A stretch of DNA of 59,599 nt. Source: a virus (Duplodnaviria > Caudoviricetes). The stretch lies in the IMG/VR virus record IMGVR_UViG_3300043618_000014, positions 1 through 59,599 of that record, one strand, 5' to 3'. The notes under the pieces are model-generated. The model worked only from the letters and a program-made list of their open reading frames with translations, ran no database searches and was not told the origin of the DNA. Every line of letters starts with the position of its first letter. The stretch's first letter is position 1. Of the stretch, positions 16,618 to 26,075 are shown piece after piece. The translations under genes and the position numbers were made by a program.

Positions 16618-16879
16618 CGCGCACCTGCGAGGGGATGAGACCGAGCACCTCAAGCAGGAACCGCGCGTCGTCCTCGTCCCTCGCGTTGCCGGCCACGGTC
16701 CTCGTCGCCTTGACGCACTGTTCCGGCGTGACGTGGGACAGCATGATGGGCGCGCGGTCGATACCCGTTCCCTGCTGCGCCCGGGAGCGGTCGACCAACG
16801 GACGTTGCAGCTTCGCCCGGTCACTTCGCAGAAGCGCTCTGTTGATCGACGACTGGTTCTTGTTCGGCACTGGGAACAC
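16610..16879 (-). CDS. Hypothetical protein
   Basis: Follows TTGACC-17-TAACGT and TGTCAGCACA leader. Confidence 0.6.
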   Translation of the reverse strand: MFPVPNKNQSSINRALLRSDRAKLQRPLVDRSRAQQGTGIDRAPIMLSHVTPEQCVKATRTVAGNARDEDDARFLLEVLGLIPSQVRDA

Positions 16880-16983
16880 CTTTCATTGACTGTGCTGACA
16901 GGGGTCACGTTACGGGTCTACGGTGCGGGGGTCAACGATGATCGCGGTACACGGAGCGTCATGAGGCATTGTCACGGCATGAA

Positions 16984-17096
16984 GCCAACCGATCCCTTGG
17001 CAAGGGTGGCAAGGCACTCCGGTATAACCTAGAGATTGTCTCTCGCGTAGAGTTATACATAGATGCCTTGCCACCCTTGCCAAGGGAATAGTTGGC
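16984..17096. repeat. ~110-bp palindromic element, copy 1 (candidate origin)
   Basis: Arms TTGGCAAGGGTGGCAAGGCA/TGCCTTGCCACCCTTGCCAA around GTATAAC..GATTGTCTCTCGCGTAG..GTTATAC. Confidence 0.8.
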
Positions 17097-17227
17097 CTGG
17101 TCAGGACGGCAAGGCAACACAAAGCGCGGTACAAAGAGCGACCCCGGGGCGACTACCCCCGGGGTCCGGTAGGTCCCCCACACCCGAATCCCGCCCGACG
17201 GCGGACGACTCGCAGAGGACACACACC

Positions 17228-20200
17228 GTGACAGATTCTATCGCCGACAGCTCGCCCACCGAACCCGACGGTTGGGACGCGGAGCTGTCCGTTGAACACC
17301 TTGAGGCTCTGCTGTCGGGTGGGGTCACCCTCTCGACCGTGTACGAGAGGGGCTACGTGACCCTTCTGCGGGGCGATCGGGGTCATGAGGCACTCCTGCG
17401 TGACGAACGCTTCACCGTGGCCTGTGCCGAGAGTCTGCGGCGTTCGCCCGGTCTGCTCATTCCGGTGTACAACCCGGTGGGCGAGAGGGTGTCCGCGCAC
17501 TACCGGCCCGACGAACCGTTGGTCGGGAACGACGGCAAGAGCCGCAAGTACCTCATGCCCTTCAGCACCGGCACCGTGCTCGACGTCCACCCCGCCAACA
17601 CGGAGGACGTGCGGGACACCTCCGTCCCGCTGTACGTGACCGAGGGGGTCAAGAAGGGCGACGCGCTCACCTCGCGCGGGTTGTGCGCCGTCTCCCTGGC
17701 AGGTGTGTGGAACTGGAAGCGTGACGGCGCGGCGCATCCCGATTGGGAGTCCATCCCCGTCAAGGGCCGGCGTGTCGTCCTCGTGTTCGACGCGGACGCG
17801 ACGAGCAACGACGGAGTGACCAAGGCGCAGCGCGCGTTCGCCGTGTGGATGCGCGACACCAAACGCGCGGACGTACGGGTGGCGATCCTCCCCGGAGTGG
17901 TCGGCGACCAGGAGTGCAAGGGGGTGGACGACCACTTCGTCGCGGGGTGGACCCTTGACGACCTTGAGGCGTGCCTGACCACCGACGTCCCCGAACCCGA
18001 GTCGACACGGCCGGCGGTCGCGGTCGCTGCGGAGGAGTCGGTACGGGACGACATGATCGTGGCGGAGGTCGCGGACAACCTCATGGTCGGGAGGTATCGC
18101 TACTCCCCCGGACTCGGGTGGGTGGAGTGGGACGAGCCACGGTGGACGCACCGCGCGAACGAGTCGCAGATCCTCAACGAGATCAAGGATCACCTTCGGG
18201 CGTGGTTCGACGACCGCGCGAGCGAGCTGGTGACGTCCGGTCAGGTGCGCGGCAAGGCCGGCATGGACGCCATGAACACGTTGCGCCGAGTCTGTGCTAA
18301 GGGGAAGTGGGACATGACCTTGGCCATGTGCTCCGGGTACCCGGGTGTGGCCACGGACGACGAGCAGTTCGACGCGGACCCGGACGTGATCAACACCCCC
18401 AGCGGCATCGTCTCCCTGCGCACCGGGATGCAGACGCCCGGTGACCCGGACCGTCTCATGACCAAACTCACCGGGTGCGCCTACGTCGCGGGCGCCACGC
18501 ACCCCGATTGGGACGCGGCCCTTGACGCCCTGCCCGATGACGCCACGAGGGAGTGGTGGCAACTGCGGATGGGGCAGGCGCTCACCGGCTACGTTCCGCC
18601 GGACGACGTGATGTTGTTCGTCCAGGGGCACGGCAGCAACGGCAAGAGCACGGTGCTGGACGGGGTGACTGCGGCGTTCGGGGACTACTTCACCCTCGTC
18701 TCCCGCAAGCTCCTCGTGGGGTCGCAGAGCGATCACCCGACCGAGTCGATGACCTTGTTCGGGGCGCGACTCGCGGCGATCGAGGAACTCCCCGAGGGGC
18801 GTCACCTCAACCTCGCCTTGCTCAAGTCGCACGTGGGTACCAGCAAGATCACCGCGCGCAAGATGCGCCGCGACAACGTCACCTTCTTCGCCACCCACGC
18901 GCTCATGGTCAACACCAACTACGCGCCGCAGGTGGAAGAGACCGACCACGGGACGTGGCGCCGGCTGTGCATGGTTCGGTTCCCGTTCACCTACCGCAAG
19001 CCGGGCGAGGTGTGCGACGGGGCGTACGACCGCGTCGGGGACGGCGACATCCGGCAGCGGATCAAGATGGACCCCCGCGTGCACGAGGCCGTACTCGCGT
19101 GGCTGGTCCAGGGCGCCATGCGGTGGTACGCCGCAGGTCGCGTGATGCCGCCCCCGCCGACCACGGTCGACAACGCCACGCGCGATTGGCGCAGGACGTC
19201 CGACGTCCTCATGGGCTACCTGGACGAACGCATGGTCGTCGACAAGGACGCGCACGTGAGCAGTACCGAGATGCTGCGGGACGTCAACACGTACTTGGAA
19301 CTCCGCTCCCACCGCCCATGGTCCGAGAAGCTTCTCGCGTCGCGCATCGACGGTCACGGGCTCACTCGGCATGTGGAGCGCCGGCAGGTGCGGGGGTCCA
19401 CTCCGGGTACCGGGAAGCTGTCCCGTCCCCACGGCGCGAACGACCGTATGCCCGAGCGGTACACGGCGTACCTGGGGCTGCGCTTCCGCTCGCCCGGGGA
19501 CGAGGACGCTCCGGGTCCGTTCGACGACCGTGATCCCTTCACGCCGCAGCCGGCCGCGCCGCAGGTCGACCCTGTTGACACGCCCCCGGTCGACGGTCCA
19601 GTCTTGCCTGACTGTACCGACACGACCGAAGGAGACACCGTGTTCACTTCGAGCGAGATGGAAGAGCTGTCGAACGCGTTCCACGAACCACCGCGTGTGG
19701 TGACGTTCGACGTGGAGTCTCCCAGCGTCGATCGACTCATGGATTGGGACGTGGCCTCGGAAGGGCCCTGGGCGCGGCTGTGCGGGTACAGCGTGGACGG
19801 CGGTAAGCCCGTGACCACCACGGACGTGGAAGAGCTTCTGAGGGTGCTTCACGCGGCCGACGTCATCGTCGCCCACAACGGGTTGAACTACGACCTGATC
19901 GGGTTGGCGCGCCACCACGGCGCGGACTACGAACGGCTGTCCGCCAAGTGTGACGACCTGTTGGTGGTCGCCCGGCAGCTCGACCCTCCCTCAGCCAAGA
20001 AGGGCAACGACCGTACCCACTACGATCTCGACTCGATCGGTATGCGGATGGTGGGCGCCGGTAAGCACGGTGACCTTGAGGCCCTGAAGAACCGGTTCAA
20101 GGGGTACCACCTGATCCCCACGGACAACGTGGAGTACCGCCGGTACCTGGTCCAAGACGTTCAACTGCTCAACGACCTGCGGCCCCTGCTTCCCACGTCG

Positions 20201-21691
20201 CGGTACATCAACGACGAACGCGACTTCCTCGCCGCGTGCGGCGGGATGACGCTGCGGGGTGTGGCGGTCGACATTCCGTTGGTGACGGAGCGAGCGGCGG
20301 CCGAGGAGCAGCAGAAGCGGGACGCGCTGCGGGAGTTGCACGAGAGTGCCGGCCTTCCGCTGGAGAAGGTGACCGAGAAGGTCAAGATCACTCGCAAGGG
20401 GAAGGGCACTGTCGTAGGTCGAGTCGCCGAACGTGAGGCCGTGTTGTCCGGGGCGACGTCGTTCGTCTGCGGTACCACGGTGATTCACGGCGAGGGGTGC
20501 CCGCGATTGGACAGGGTCACGGAAGGCGGCGCGTGCGCGTGCCCGACCGAGGACGTCGTCCGGGAGATCGACCCGGACGACTACGAGATCAAGCGCACGG
20601 AGGAGCGGGAGACGTACGCGTCGCCCCTGGCAGCCGCGTCCGGGATCGCCTGGTTGGAAGGGGTGTGGAACACCTACCTTCGTGACGGCGTGAACTCGCC
20701 TGTCGTCCCCCGCACGGAGAAGGGTCGACTGTGCACCAAACGGGACGCGCTCCAAGAGGTGATCGACGGGACCGCGACACGTCCGCCCTGCCCGCCCGCT
20801 CTGGCGTCCGTGCTCGACCTGATGAACACGGCCAACGGTGCACGCGTCGTGTACGCCACTGTGCTGAAGAACATGATCGACGGTCGCTACCACCCACGCA
20901 TGTCGTCCGAGCAGGCGTCCGGCCGTGTCTCCTGCGGCGTGACCGTGTTCGGGAAGCACGGTGGGAAGGTTCGCGAACGAGCCGTGTTCGTCGCGGACGA
21001 GGGTGAACTCATGGTCGCGTTCGACTATGACCAGGTCGACGCGCGGGCGGTCGCGGCACACTGCCAGGATCCCCGGTACATGGACCTGTTCGATGGTCAC
21101 GCGGACTTCCACACCGCCAACGCCGTAGCGATCTTCGGGGACGCGAAGTACCGGGAGGTTGCCAAGAAGGCGGGCCACGGTGAGAACTACGGGATGGGGA
21201 TCAACGGATTGGTCAAGCTGATCCTGGGCGCCACGGACATGACGAACACACAGGCGCGTGAGTACGCGAACGCGTACGTCGATGCCATGGAGCAGCTCTA
21301 CCCGGTGCGCAACAAGTGGCGGGCAGCGGTCCGCGAGCGGGCCGACAGGGGCGAACTGCTCGACAACGGGTTCGGTCGGATGATGCGGCCCGAGGTCGGG
21401 CGGGGGTGGACGCAGGGGCCGGCATTGCTCGGTCAGGGAACCACCCGCGACATCATGCGCAAGTCGATCCTCGATCTCCACCCGGACGTGCGCCGCTGCC
21501 TCAAGTTCACGGTGCATGACGAACTGGTGTTCTCCTTCCCGGAACACCTGGTCGACGAGTACTCGAACGACGTCATGCGTGCCATGACGTTCGACTGGTT
21601 CCCCGCCTTCCTCCCGAGCGACTCGCGCCCGGTGCACATCACGTGTGGCCGCAGCAAGGCCGCGCCGTCGTGGGCGGGTTGCTACGCCTGA
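17228..21691 (+). CDS. Primase (TOPRIM/DUF3854-like) - SF3/D5-like helicase - family A DNA polymerase fusion
   Basis: VTEGVKKGD, VFDAD, KGVDD; GHGSNGKST, IEELPEG; FDVES, AHNGLNYD; DYDQVDAR, R...K...HG.NYG, VHDELV; GTG start after GAGG. Confidence 0.93.
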   Translation: MTDSIADSSPTEPDGWDAELSVEHLEALLSGGVTLSTVYERGYVTLLRGDRGHEALLRDERFTVACAESLRRSPGLLIPVYNPVGERVSAHYRPDEPLVGNDGKSRKYLMPFSTGTVLDVHPANTEDVRDTSVPLYVTEGVKKGDALTSRGLCAVSLAGVWNWKRDGAAHPDWESIPVKGRRVVLVFDADATSNDGVTKAQRAFAVWMRDTKRADVRVAILPGVVGDQECKGVDDHFVAGWTLDDLEACLTTDVPEPESTRPAVAVAAEESVRDDMIVAEVADNLMVGRYRYSPGLGWVEWDEPRWTHRANESQILNEIKDHLRAWFDDRASELVTSGQVRGKAGMDAMNTLRRVCAKGKWDMTLAMCSGYPGVATDDEQFDADPDVINTPSGIVSLRTGMQTPGDPDRLMTKLTGCAYVAGATHPDWDAALDALPDDATREWWQLRMGQALTGYVPPDDVMLFVQGHGSNGKSTVLDGVTAAFGDYFTLVSRKLLVGSQSDHPTESMTLFGARLAAIEELPEGRHLNLALLKSHVGTSKITARKMRRDNVTFFATHALMVNTNYAPQVEETDHGTWRRLCMVRFPFTYRKPGEVCDGAYDRVGDGDIRQRIKMDPRVHEAVLAWLVQGAMRWYAAGRVMPPPPTTVDNATRDWRRTSDVLMGYLDERMVVDKDAHVSSTEMLRDVNTYLELRSHRPWSEKLLASRIDGHGLTRHVERRQVRGSTPGTGKLSRPHGANDRMPERYTAYLGLRFRSPGDEDAPGPFDDRDPFTPQPAAPQVDPVDTPPVDGPVLPDCTDTTEGDTVFTSSEMEELSNAFHEPPRVVTFDVESPSVDRLMDWDVASEGPWARLCGYSVDGGKPVTTTDVEELLRVLHAADVIVAHNGLNYDLIGLARHHGADYERLSAKCDDLLVVARQLDPPSAKKGNDRTHYDLDSIGMRMVGAGKHGDLEALKNRFKGYHLIPTDNVEYRRYLVQDVQLLNDLRPLLPTSRYINDERDFLAACGGMTLRGVAVDIPLVTERAAAEEQQKRDALRELHESAGLPLEKVTEKVKITRKGKGTVVGRVAEREAVLSGATSFVCGTTVIHGEGCPRLDRVTEGGACACPTEDVVREIDPDDYEIKRTEERETYASPLAAASGIAWLEGVWNTYLRDGVNSPVVPRTEKGRLCTKRDALQEVIDGTATRPPCPPALASVLDLMNTANGARVVYATVLKNMIDGRYHPRMSSEQASGRVSCGVTVFGKHGGKVRERAVFVADEGELMVAFDYDQVDARAVAAHCQDPRYMDLFDGHADFHTANAVAIFGDAKYREVAKKAGHGENYGMGINGLVKLILGATDMTNTQAREYANAYVDAMEQLYPVRNKWRAAVRERADRGELLDNGFGRMMRPEVGRGWTQGPALLGQGTTRDIMRKSILDLHPDVRRCLKFTVHDELVFSFPEHLVDEYSNDVMRAMTFDWFPAFLPSDSRPVHITCGRSKAAPSWAGCYA
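19575..19642 (+). promoter_or_regulatory. Internal promoter/RBS/in-frame GTG ahead of PolA part
   Basis: TTGACA-18-CAGTCT, CTGTACCGACA leader, GAAGGAGACACC-GTG at 19640 in frame. Confidence 0.6.
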
Positions 21692-21705
21692 CCGGTGATC
21701 CACTG

Positions 21706-21745
21706 CCCCCCGGGTGTTGACACACCCGGGGGTTTGCCGTAGTGT
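21706..21745 (+). promoter_or_regulatory. Phage promoter with overlapping hairpin
   Basis: GGGTGTTGACA-17-TAGTGT; IR CCCCCGGGTGT/ACACCCGGGGG. Confidence 0.8.
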
Positions 21746-21772
21746 TTCCCCTGTACATACAAGGAGGTAGAC

Positions 21773-22021
21773 GTGAGTCGCAGTCTGGCAGGCGACGAGT
21801 CGTTCGTGTATCGAGGTGTCGTCGTGTGGCGACGCGCGAGCGGGACGACGTTCGAGAAGTATGTAGGCCCGTTCGTGAACAGGACGGCGGCGTTGCAGGC
21901 GGCCAACCGGGAGATCGGTTCGGGTGGGTTCCTCGGATGGGACGAGGAAGGCAACCGTCTGACCTACACGGCCGTGTCAAAGCGCGTGGAGAAGAGCCCG
22001 CTGGTGTGGGGTGCGGCGTGA
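21773..22021 (+). CDS. Hypothetical protein
   Basis: AAGGAGG RBS. Confidence 0.8.
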   Translation: MSRSLAGDESFVYRGVVVWRRASGTTFEKYVGPFVNRTAALQAANREIGSGGFLGWDEEGNRLTYTAVSKRVEKSPLVWGAA

Positions 22022-22206
22022 GAATCAGTGAACTCCTCTTCCAGCTCGAAGGGCTGAGGGACTCCATGTGGGACGTGGACATTCGCGCCCACAACCACTG
22101 TCGCAAGTGCGACCCGGAGAACGTGACCGTCGTCCTCGTACCGACGTACGACGCTGACGATCAGTGGGTGCGCCTCGAACTTCGGTTCGACGAGGACGAC
22201 GTATGA
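22018..22206 (+). CDS. Small hypothetical protein (CxxC)
   Basis: GTGA/ATGA coupling. Confidence 0.65.
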   Translation: MRISELLFQLEGLRDSMWDVDIRAHNHCRKCDPENVTVVLVPTYDADDQWVRLELRFDEDDV

Positions 22207-22365
22207 CCGACAGCGACGGTGCACTCTGCGACGAGTGCGGTAATCATCGATCGTCGGTGGCGATGCGGTGGGAGCCCTGCCCCGATGGGTGCTGTGAAGT
22301 TTGCGCAGGCGAACTGTGCGACCCGTGTGTCGGAGCGACAAAGGACGGAGGAAGGGGGACGACTG

Positions 22366-22620
22366 ATGGGGTGCCAACGGTTGGGCGCGCGATGGGTGCG
22401 CCGGCTCCGCCGGATCACCGGTGAGGACGTGATCGCCGGGTGGGGCTGGGGGAGCTACATGCACTCGTTCGTCACGGCAGACCACCATCACGGGTGGTAC
22501 GACCTACGGGACGGCGAATGGGGTTGGGACGAAGAGACGGTTGGAAGCGCCACGCACTTCAGCTCATGCGGTGAACGGTGGCCAGGGTTTCGGGAGGAGA
22601 GCAATGCCGATCAAACGTAG
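22366..22620 (+). CDS. Trp/His-rich hypothetical protein
   Basis: RBS GGGGG; in operon. Confidence 0.6.
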   Translation: MGCQRLGARWVRRLRRITGEDVIAGWGWGSYMHSFVTADHHHGWYDLRDGEWGWDEETVGSATHFSSCGERWPGFREESNADQT

Positions 22621-22759
22621 GTGTGCGCAGTGCAAGAAGTTCAAGGAGTCCACGTACTTGCGCGTCGTGACGTGCGGGGACCTGTGCGCCTGTGAGCAGG
22701 ACGAGTGGCTGTGCCACCCGTGTGCCAAGCGCGCCGAGAAAACGGGAGGTGAGGAGTGA
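22604..22759 (+). CDS. Small zinc-finger-like protein
   Basis: GGAGGAG RBS; CxxC...CxxC. Confidence 0.65.
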   Translation: MPIKRRCAQCKKFKESTYLRVVTCGDLCACEQDEWLCHPCAKRAEKTGGEE

Positions 22760-22983
22760 TGGCGACGCGCGTGTTGATCGCTCTGGCGGTCGTCCTCGTG
22801 ATGGTCGCCCTTTGGGGACTCGTCGGCGTGGCCGTGTTCATGGGCGACGGGTCCGCCTGGTACGCCCTTGTCGCGTTCGTCGTGTTGGTCGGGTTCATGA
22901 TCCTTCGGTACCTGGTACCGGTCGCGGCCGGGTACGTCCTGATCTCGTGGTTTGTCACCGGAAGGGTGGTGGGGTTCGGATGA
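22759..22983 (+). CDS. Small membrane protein
   Basis: Two to three hydrophobic helices; GGAGG RBS. Confidence 0.75.
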   Translation: MATRVLIALAVVLVMVALWGLVGVAVFMGDGSAWYALVAFVVLVGFMILRYLVPVAAGYVLISWFVTGRVVGFG

Positions 22984-23219
22984 GCGTCTACGGCATGAGC
23001 GAAGAGGCTCCTGTCATGGTGCACTTCGCGGTGATCGAGACGATCGAGTCGGGTACCGCGTTCACGCACCACTACTCGCGTCCGTACCCGAAGATCAAGA
23101 CGGCGCGCATGCGGCTGTCCACCTTGATGCGCGACGTCGAACGAAGCGGCATCGCGTGTACCGGATGGGTCGTCTCGTACGACCTGTCTTCCGTGGCAGA
23201 GGAGTGTTCGGAATGGTGA
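22980..23219 (+). CDS. Hypothetical protein
   Basis: ATGA coupling. Confidence 0.6.
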   Translation: MSVYGMSEEAPVMVHFAVIETIESGTAFTHHYSRPYPKIKTARMRLSTLMRDVERSGIACTGWVVSYDLSSVAEECSEW

Positions 23220-23413
23220 GCAAGAGGTGTGACGTCTGCGGCTTCAAACGTGACGACGTCTTCGCGTACGAGAGTCCCTGTCGGGGTGGTGAGGTACTCG
23301 ACATGTGTCTCGACTGCCGGGAGCGTGACGACTCCGGGTACGAGGAACAGATGGCCTCGTACGCCGAATGGACCAGGGACGCGGAGGACGCCGTGTGGGG
23401 TGGGTTGTGGTGA
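23213..23413 (+). CDS. Small zinc-finger-like protein
   Basis: GAGGAG RBS; CDVC...CLDC. Confidence 0.65.
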   Translation: MVSKRCDVCGFKRDDVFAYESPCRGGEVLDMCLDCRERDDSGYEEQMASYAEWTRDAEDAVWGGLW

Positions 23414-23577
23414 GCACCTATGTGTGCCGCGTGTGCAAGGTCTTCTCGATCACCGTGATGACGCGGCTCGCGACGCGCGGCGGAAAGACGATCAAGGACC
23501 GCATGTGTCGCGGGTGCTGGGACGACATGCTCGACATCGCCAATGCGATCGAAGCCATGAACGGAGAAGGCGCGTGA
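23410..23577 (+). CDS. Small zinc-finger-like protein
   Basis: CRVC...CRGC; GTGA coupling. Confidence 0.6.
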   Translation: MSTYVCRVCKVFSITVMTRLATRGGKTIKDRMCRGCWDDMLDIANAIEAMNGEGA

Positions 23578-24263
23578 TGCGGCTCGACGAGTTGGCCACT
23601 CGCCCGGGATCGTCGATGTTGGACGCGTTCTCCGGCGTAGGCGGCGCGGCTGCCGGATACCGGGCTGCCGGGTGGGAGGACATCACAGGCGTGGACCTCA
23701 AGGTGTACGAGGATTACATCCGCGTGGCGGACGACTTCTACCGCCGCGACGCGGTCGAGTTCATCCGGACGTTCGGCGCGTTGTACTCGTTCATCCACGC
23801 GTCGTACCCGTGCCAGAACAACTGCACCCTGACGCAAGGGACGAACAAGGGCAAGGAGTATCCCGACCTCTACCAGGCCACGAAGGACGCGCTTGAAAGC
23901 ACGGGCCGGCCGTACATCATGGAGAACGTGGGCGGCGCCATCCGCCGGGACGTCACCCTGTGCGGTGAGATGTTCGGGTTGAAGGTACTTCGGCATCGCC
24001 ACTTCGAGTTGGGTGGCGGGCTCAAGGTCTCCCCGCCGAAGCACGTTCCCCACCGTGGCCGTGTCCAAGGCCATCGTCACGGGAAGTGGTACGACGGCCC
24101 CTACCTTCCGGTGTACGGGAACGGCGGTGGGAAGGGGTCGACGGACGAGTGGAAGCGGGCCATGGGCATCACGCACACCGACGACCGCCACGGCATCTCG
24201 CAGGCCATCCCGCCCGCCTACACGTGGTGGCTCACGATGAACGCGGTGTACGACGGAGAATGA
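23577..24263 (+). CDS. DNA cytosine-C5 methyltransferase-like protein (short)
   Basis: DAFSGVGG (motif I), ASYPCQ (IV), MENV (VI), RHR.FE (VIII), QAIPP (X). Confidence 0.85.
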   Translation: MRLDELATRPGSSMLDAFSGVGGAAAGYRAAGWEDITGVDLKVYEDYIRVADDFYRRDAVEFIRTFGALYSFIHASYPCQNNCTLTQGTNKGKEYPDLYQATKDALESTGRPYIMENVGGAIRRDVTLCGEMFGLKVLRHRHFELGGGLKVSPPKHVPHRGRVQGHRHGKWYDGPYLPVYGNGGGKGSTDEWKRAMGITHTDDRHGISQAIPPAYTWWLTMNAVYDGE

Positions 24264-24351
24264 TCACGGGGCCCACTCTTCGCGGGGTGGGCCCTTTCGC
24301 ACGTGGTACCGTTGTCATGACAGAGTCACCGGGATAGAGAGGGATGTCGCG

Positions 24352-24684
24352 ATGGATTCCAACGAAGTGGTGTACCGCCCGAACCGTATCGGGCCCGAGG
24401 GAGTGACGAAGCGGTGGTCGTTCCGGGAGGACAACGCGCTCACCCTGGCCGCGCGTGAACAAGCCAAGGCCAACGACACCACCTTGTCCCGCATCGTCCG
24501 CGAGCGGGTGCGCGACTACCTCAAGGAGGAGGGATGGGACATCGGCCGCCTGATGAGTCGGGACGAAGAGATCATCGACGCGGAGTGGGTGGCGAACCTG
24601 GGTCGGAAGGCACCGCGCGATCGTACGCCCGCCGCACGGCGCGCCACCGAAGCGGAGATCGACCCGGGCGGGACACTGTTCTGA
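24352..24684 (+). CDS. Ribbon-helix-helix DNA-binding protein
   Basis: TKRWSFR-D..L...A.....TLSRIVRE.V..YL. Confidence 0.7.
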   Translation: MDSNEVVYRPNRIGPEGVTKRWSFREDNALTLAAREQAKANDTTLSRIVRERVRDYLKEEGWDIGRLMSRDEEIIDAEWVANLGRKAPRDRTPAARRATEAEIDPGGTLF

Positions 24685-24727
24685 CCGGTACGACGAGAGA
24701 CCCCCGACACGACGCCGGGGGTCTCTC

Positions 24728-24973
24728 TCACGTGAACAACGGGACACACACACTGGCAGCCGAGATGATCAGGGCGACCACGCCGGCAGCCATCCACACC
24801 CGCATTTCCAGGTGCCGTATCCGTGTCTCCTGGTCTTTGATCGTCTCGGGAAGGTGCCCCACGATCGCGTCGAATCGCGCGGTCAACGAGTGGACCGCGT
24901 CCTTGGTGGCGAGAACTTCGCGGTAGACCTCCCCCGAGGTGATGACCACGTACCCCTCGGGGATGGTCGTCAC
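24728..24973 (-). CDS. Lysis-cassette membrane protein (coiled coil + C-terminal TM)
   Basis: DQETRIRHLE followed by TM; downstream of holin. Confidence 0.7.
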   Translation of the reverse strand: MTTIPEGYVVITSGEVYREVLATKDAVHSLTARFDAIVGHLPETIKDQETRIRHLEMRVWMAAGVVALIISAASVCVPLFT

Positions 24974-25221
24974 GACGCGGACGTGTCCTTGACCACGGTT
25001 TCCGTGAGGCCCGGTCCCTCCGGCCCGACGTACCTCTTCGCGAACGACGACAGTGCCGAGAAGAGAGCGGCTCCGCCCGCGACACTGAGCGAGCGGTCCC
25101 ACTCCAAGGCGAGGATGTCGGTCCCCGCCGCGCCCAGGAATCCGGCGAGGGTCGCGGAGAACGCGCCTACGGCACGCTCCCCCGTGGCCTTGAGGAACAG
25201 GAGGGTCGGGTTGGCGCTCAT
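24970..25221 (-). CDS. Holin
   Basis: FLKATGERAV..F, two TM helices, directly after lysin. Confidence 0.8.
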   Translation of the reverse strand: MSANPTLLFLKATGERAVGAFSATLAGFLGAAGTDILALEWDRSLSVAGGAALFSALSSFAKRYVGPEGPGLTETVVKDTSAS

Positions 25222-26051
25222 GCGATCACCTTGAATCCGTGTACCGCGCCCATGCGCGTGAGGGAGTCGCGGCCGGGGATCCCGTCCGCGTCGCTACCGG
25301 TGTACCCCAACCGCTTCTGCCACCCCTTGTAGGCCGCGACGGTCGCGCTGCCGAAGTGTCCGTCCGCGAGGTTCAACGCGAGGAGTCCCTCACCGACGAG
25401 TGAGTTCTCCACCTGGCGAACCGGGGCGTACGTGACCGGGTTGCCGGACATCGGCGGGTTGCTCTTGGCAGCCGCGACGAGCAGACGAAGCGAGATCTCG
25501 GGCAGCGTGCTCGGAGGCGGAGGAGTACCACCCGCAGCCGAGACGATCCCGGGAAACACCTCGCTCTTGAACTGGGACACGCGCGCGTCACCGGGACACG
25601 CCGTGCCGCCCAACGACCACTCCGGGAACAGGCGGTGGTAGCCGTAGCCCGGGTCGGTCCAGGACCGACAGATGCGAAGCGGGAAGTCGTGGACCCGGTG
25701 CAGCCAAGCGCCCAACCCGATCAGGCTTTCGATCTGCTCGTCGGTCCATGGGTCGGTGTGTTGGAGGTTGGACGCGGTCTCCACGGACACCGCGCCCGTG
25801 CCGTCTGAGCGGCGGTTCGCCGACGCGTTGGCGTCGGCCCTGGTCTGCGTCCCGATGAACTGGAACAAGCCGCCGTCGAACGACAACCCGAAGTGGCTTT
25901 CCAGGTTGGTCGAGTCACGCCAGTACTCGTAGATCCGCTCACCGGTCCACGGCGCGGCGATCGAGTGACAGATCAATTGCGTGGGGCGGATCGCCGGTTG
26001 ACTGTCACTCTCCGGCTGAAGCTCGCGCTTGGCTGCGCTTGGGTACCACAT
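25218..26051 (-). CDS. Endolysin (N-acetylmuramoyl-L-alanine amidase + PG-binding domain)
   Basis: ICHS, SHFG, SVET, GYH, TACPG; DGHFG..T, DGIPG. Confidence 0.9.
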   Translation of the reverse strand: MWYPSAAKRELQPESDSQPAIRPTQLICHSIAAPWTGERIYEYWRDSTNLESHFGLSFDGGLFQFIGTQTRADANASANRRSDGTGAVSVETASNLQHTDPWTDEQIESLIGLGAWLHRVHDFPLRICRSWTDPGYGYHRLFPEWSLGGTACPGDARVSQFKSEVFPGIVSAAGGTPPPPSTLPEISLRLLVAAAKSNPPMSGNPVTYAPVRQVENSLVGEGLLALNLADGHFGSATVAAYKGWQKRLGYTGSDADGIPGRDSLTRMGAVHGFKVIA

Positions 26052-26075
26052 GTGGACACCCCTCCCTTGTCACGA

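Noticed and set aside
20380-20620. Intein in the polymerase
   Set aside because: Insertion is short and lacks intein terminal motifs (C/S start, HN end)
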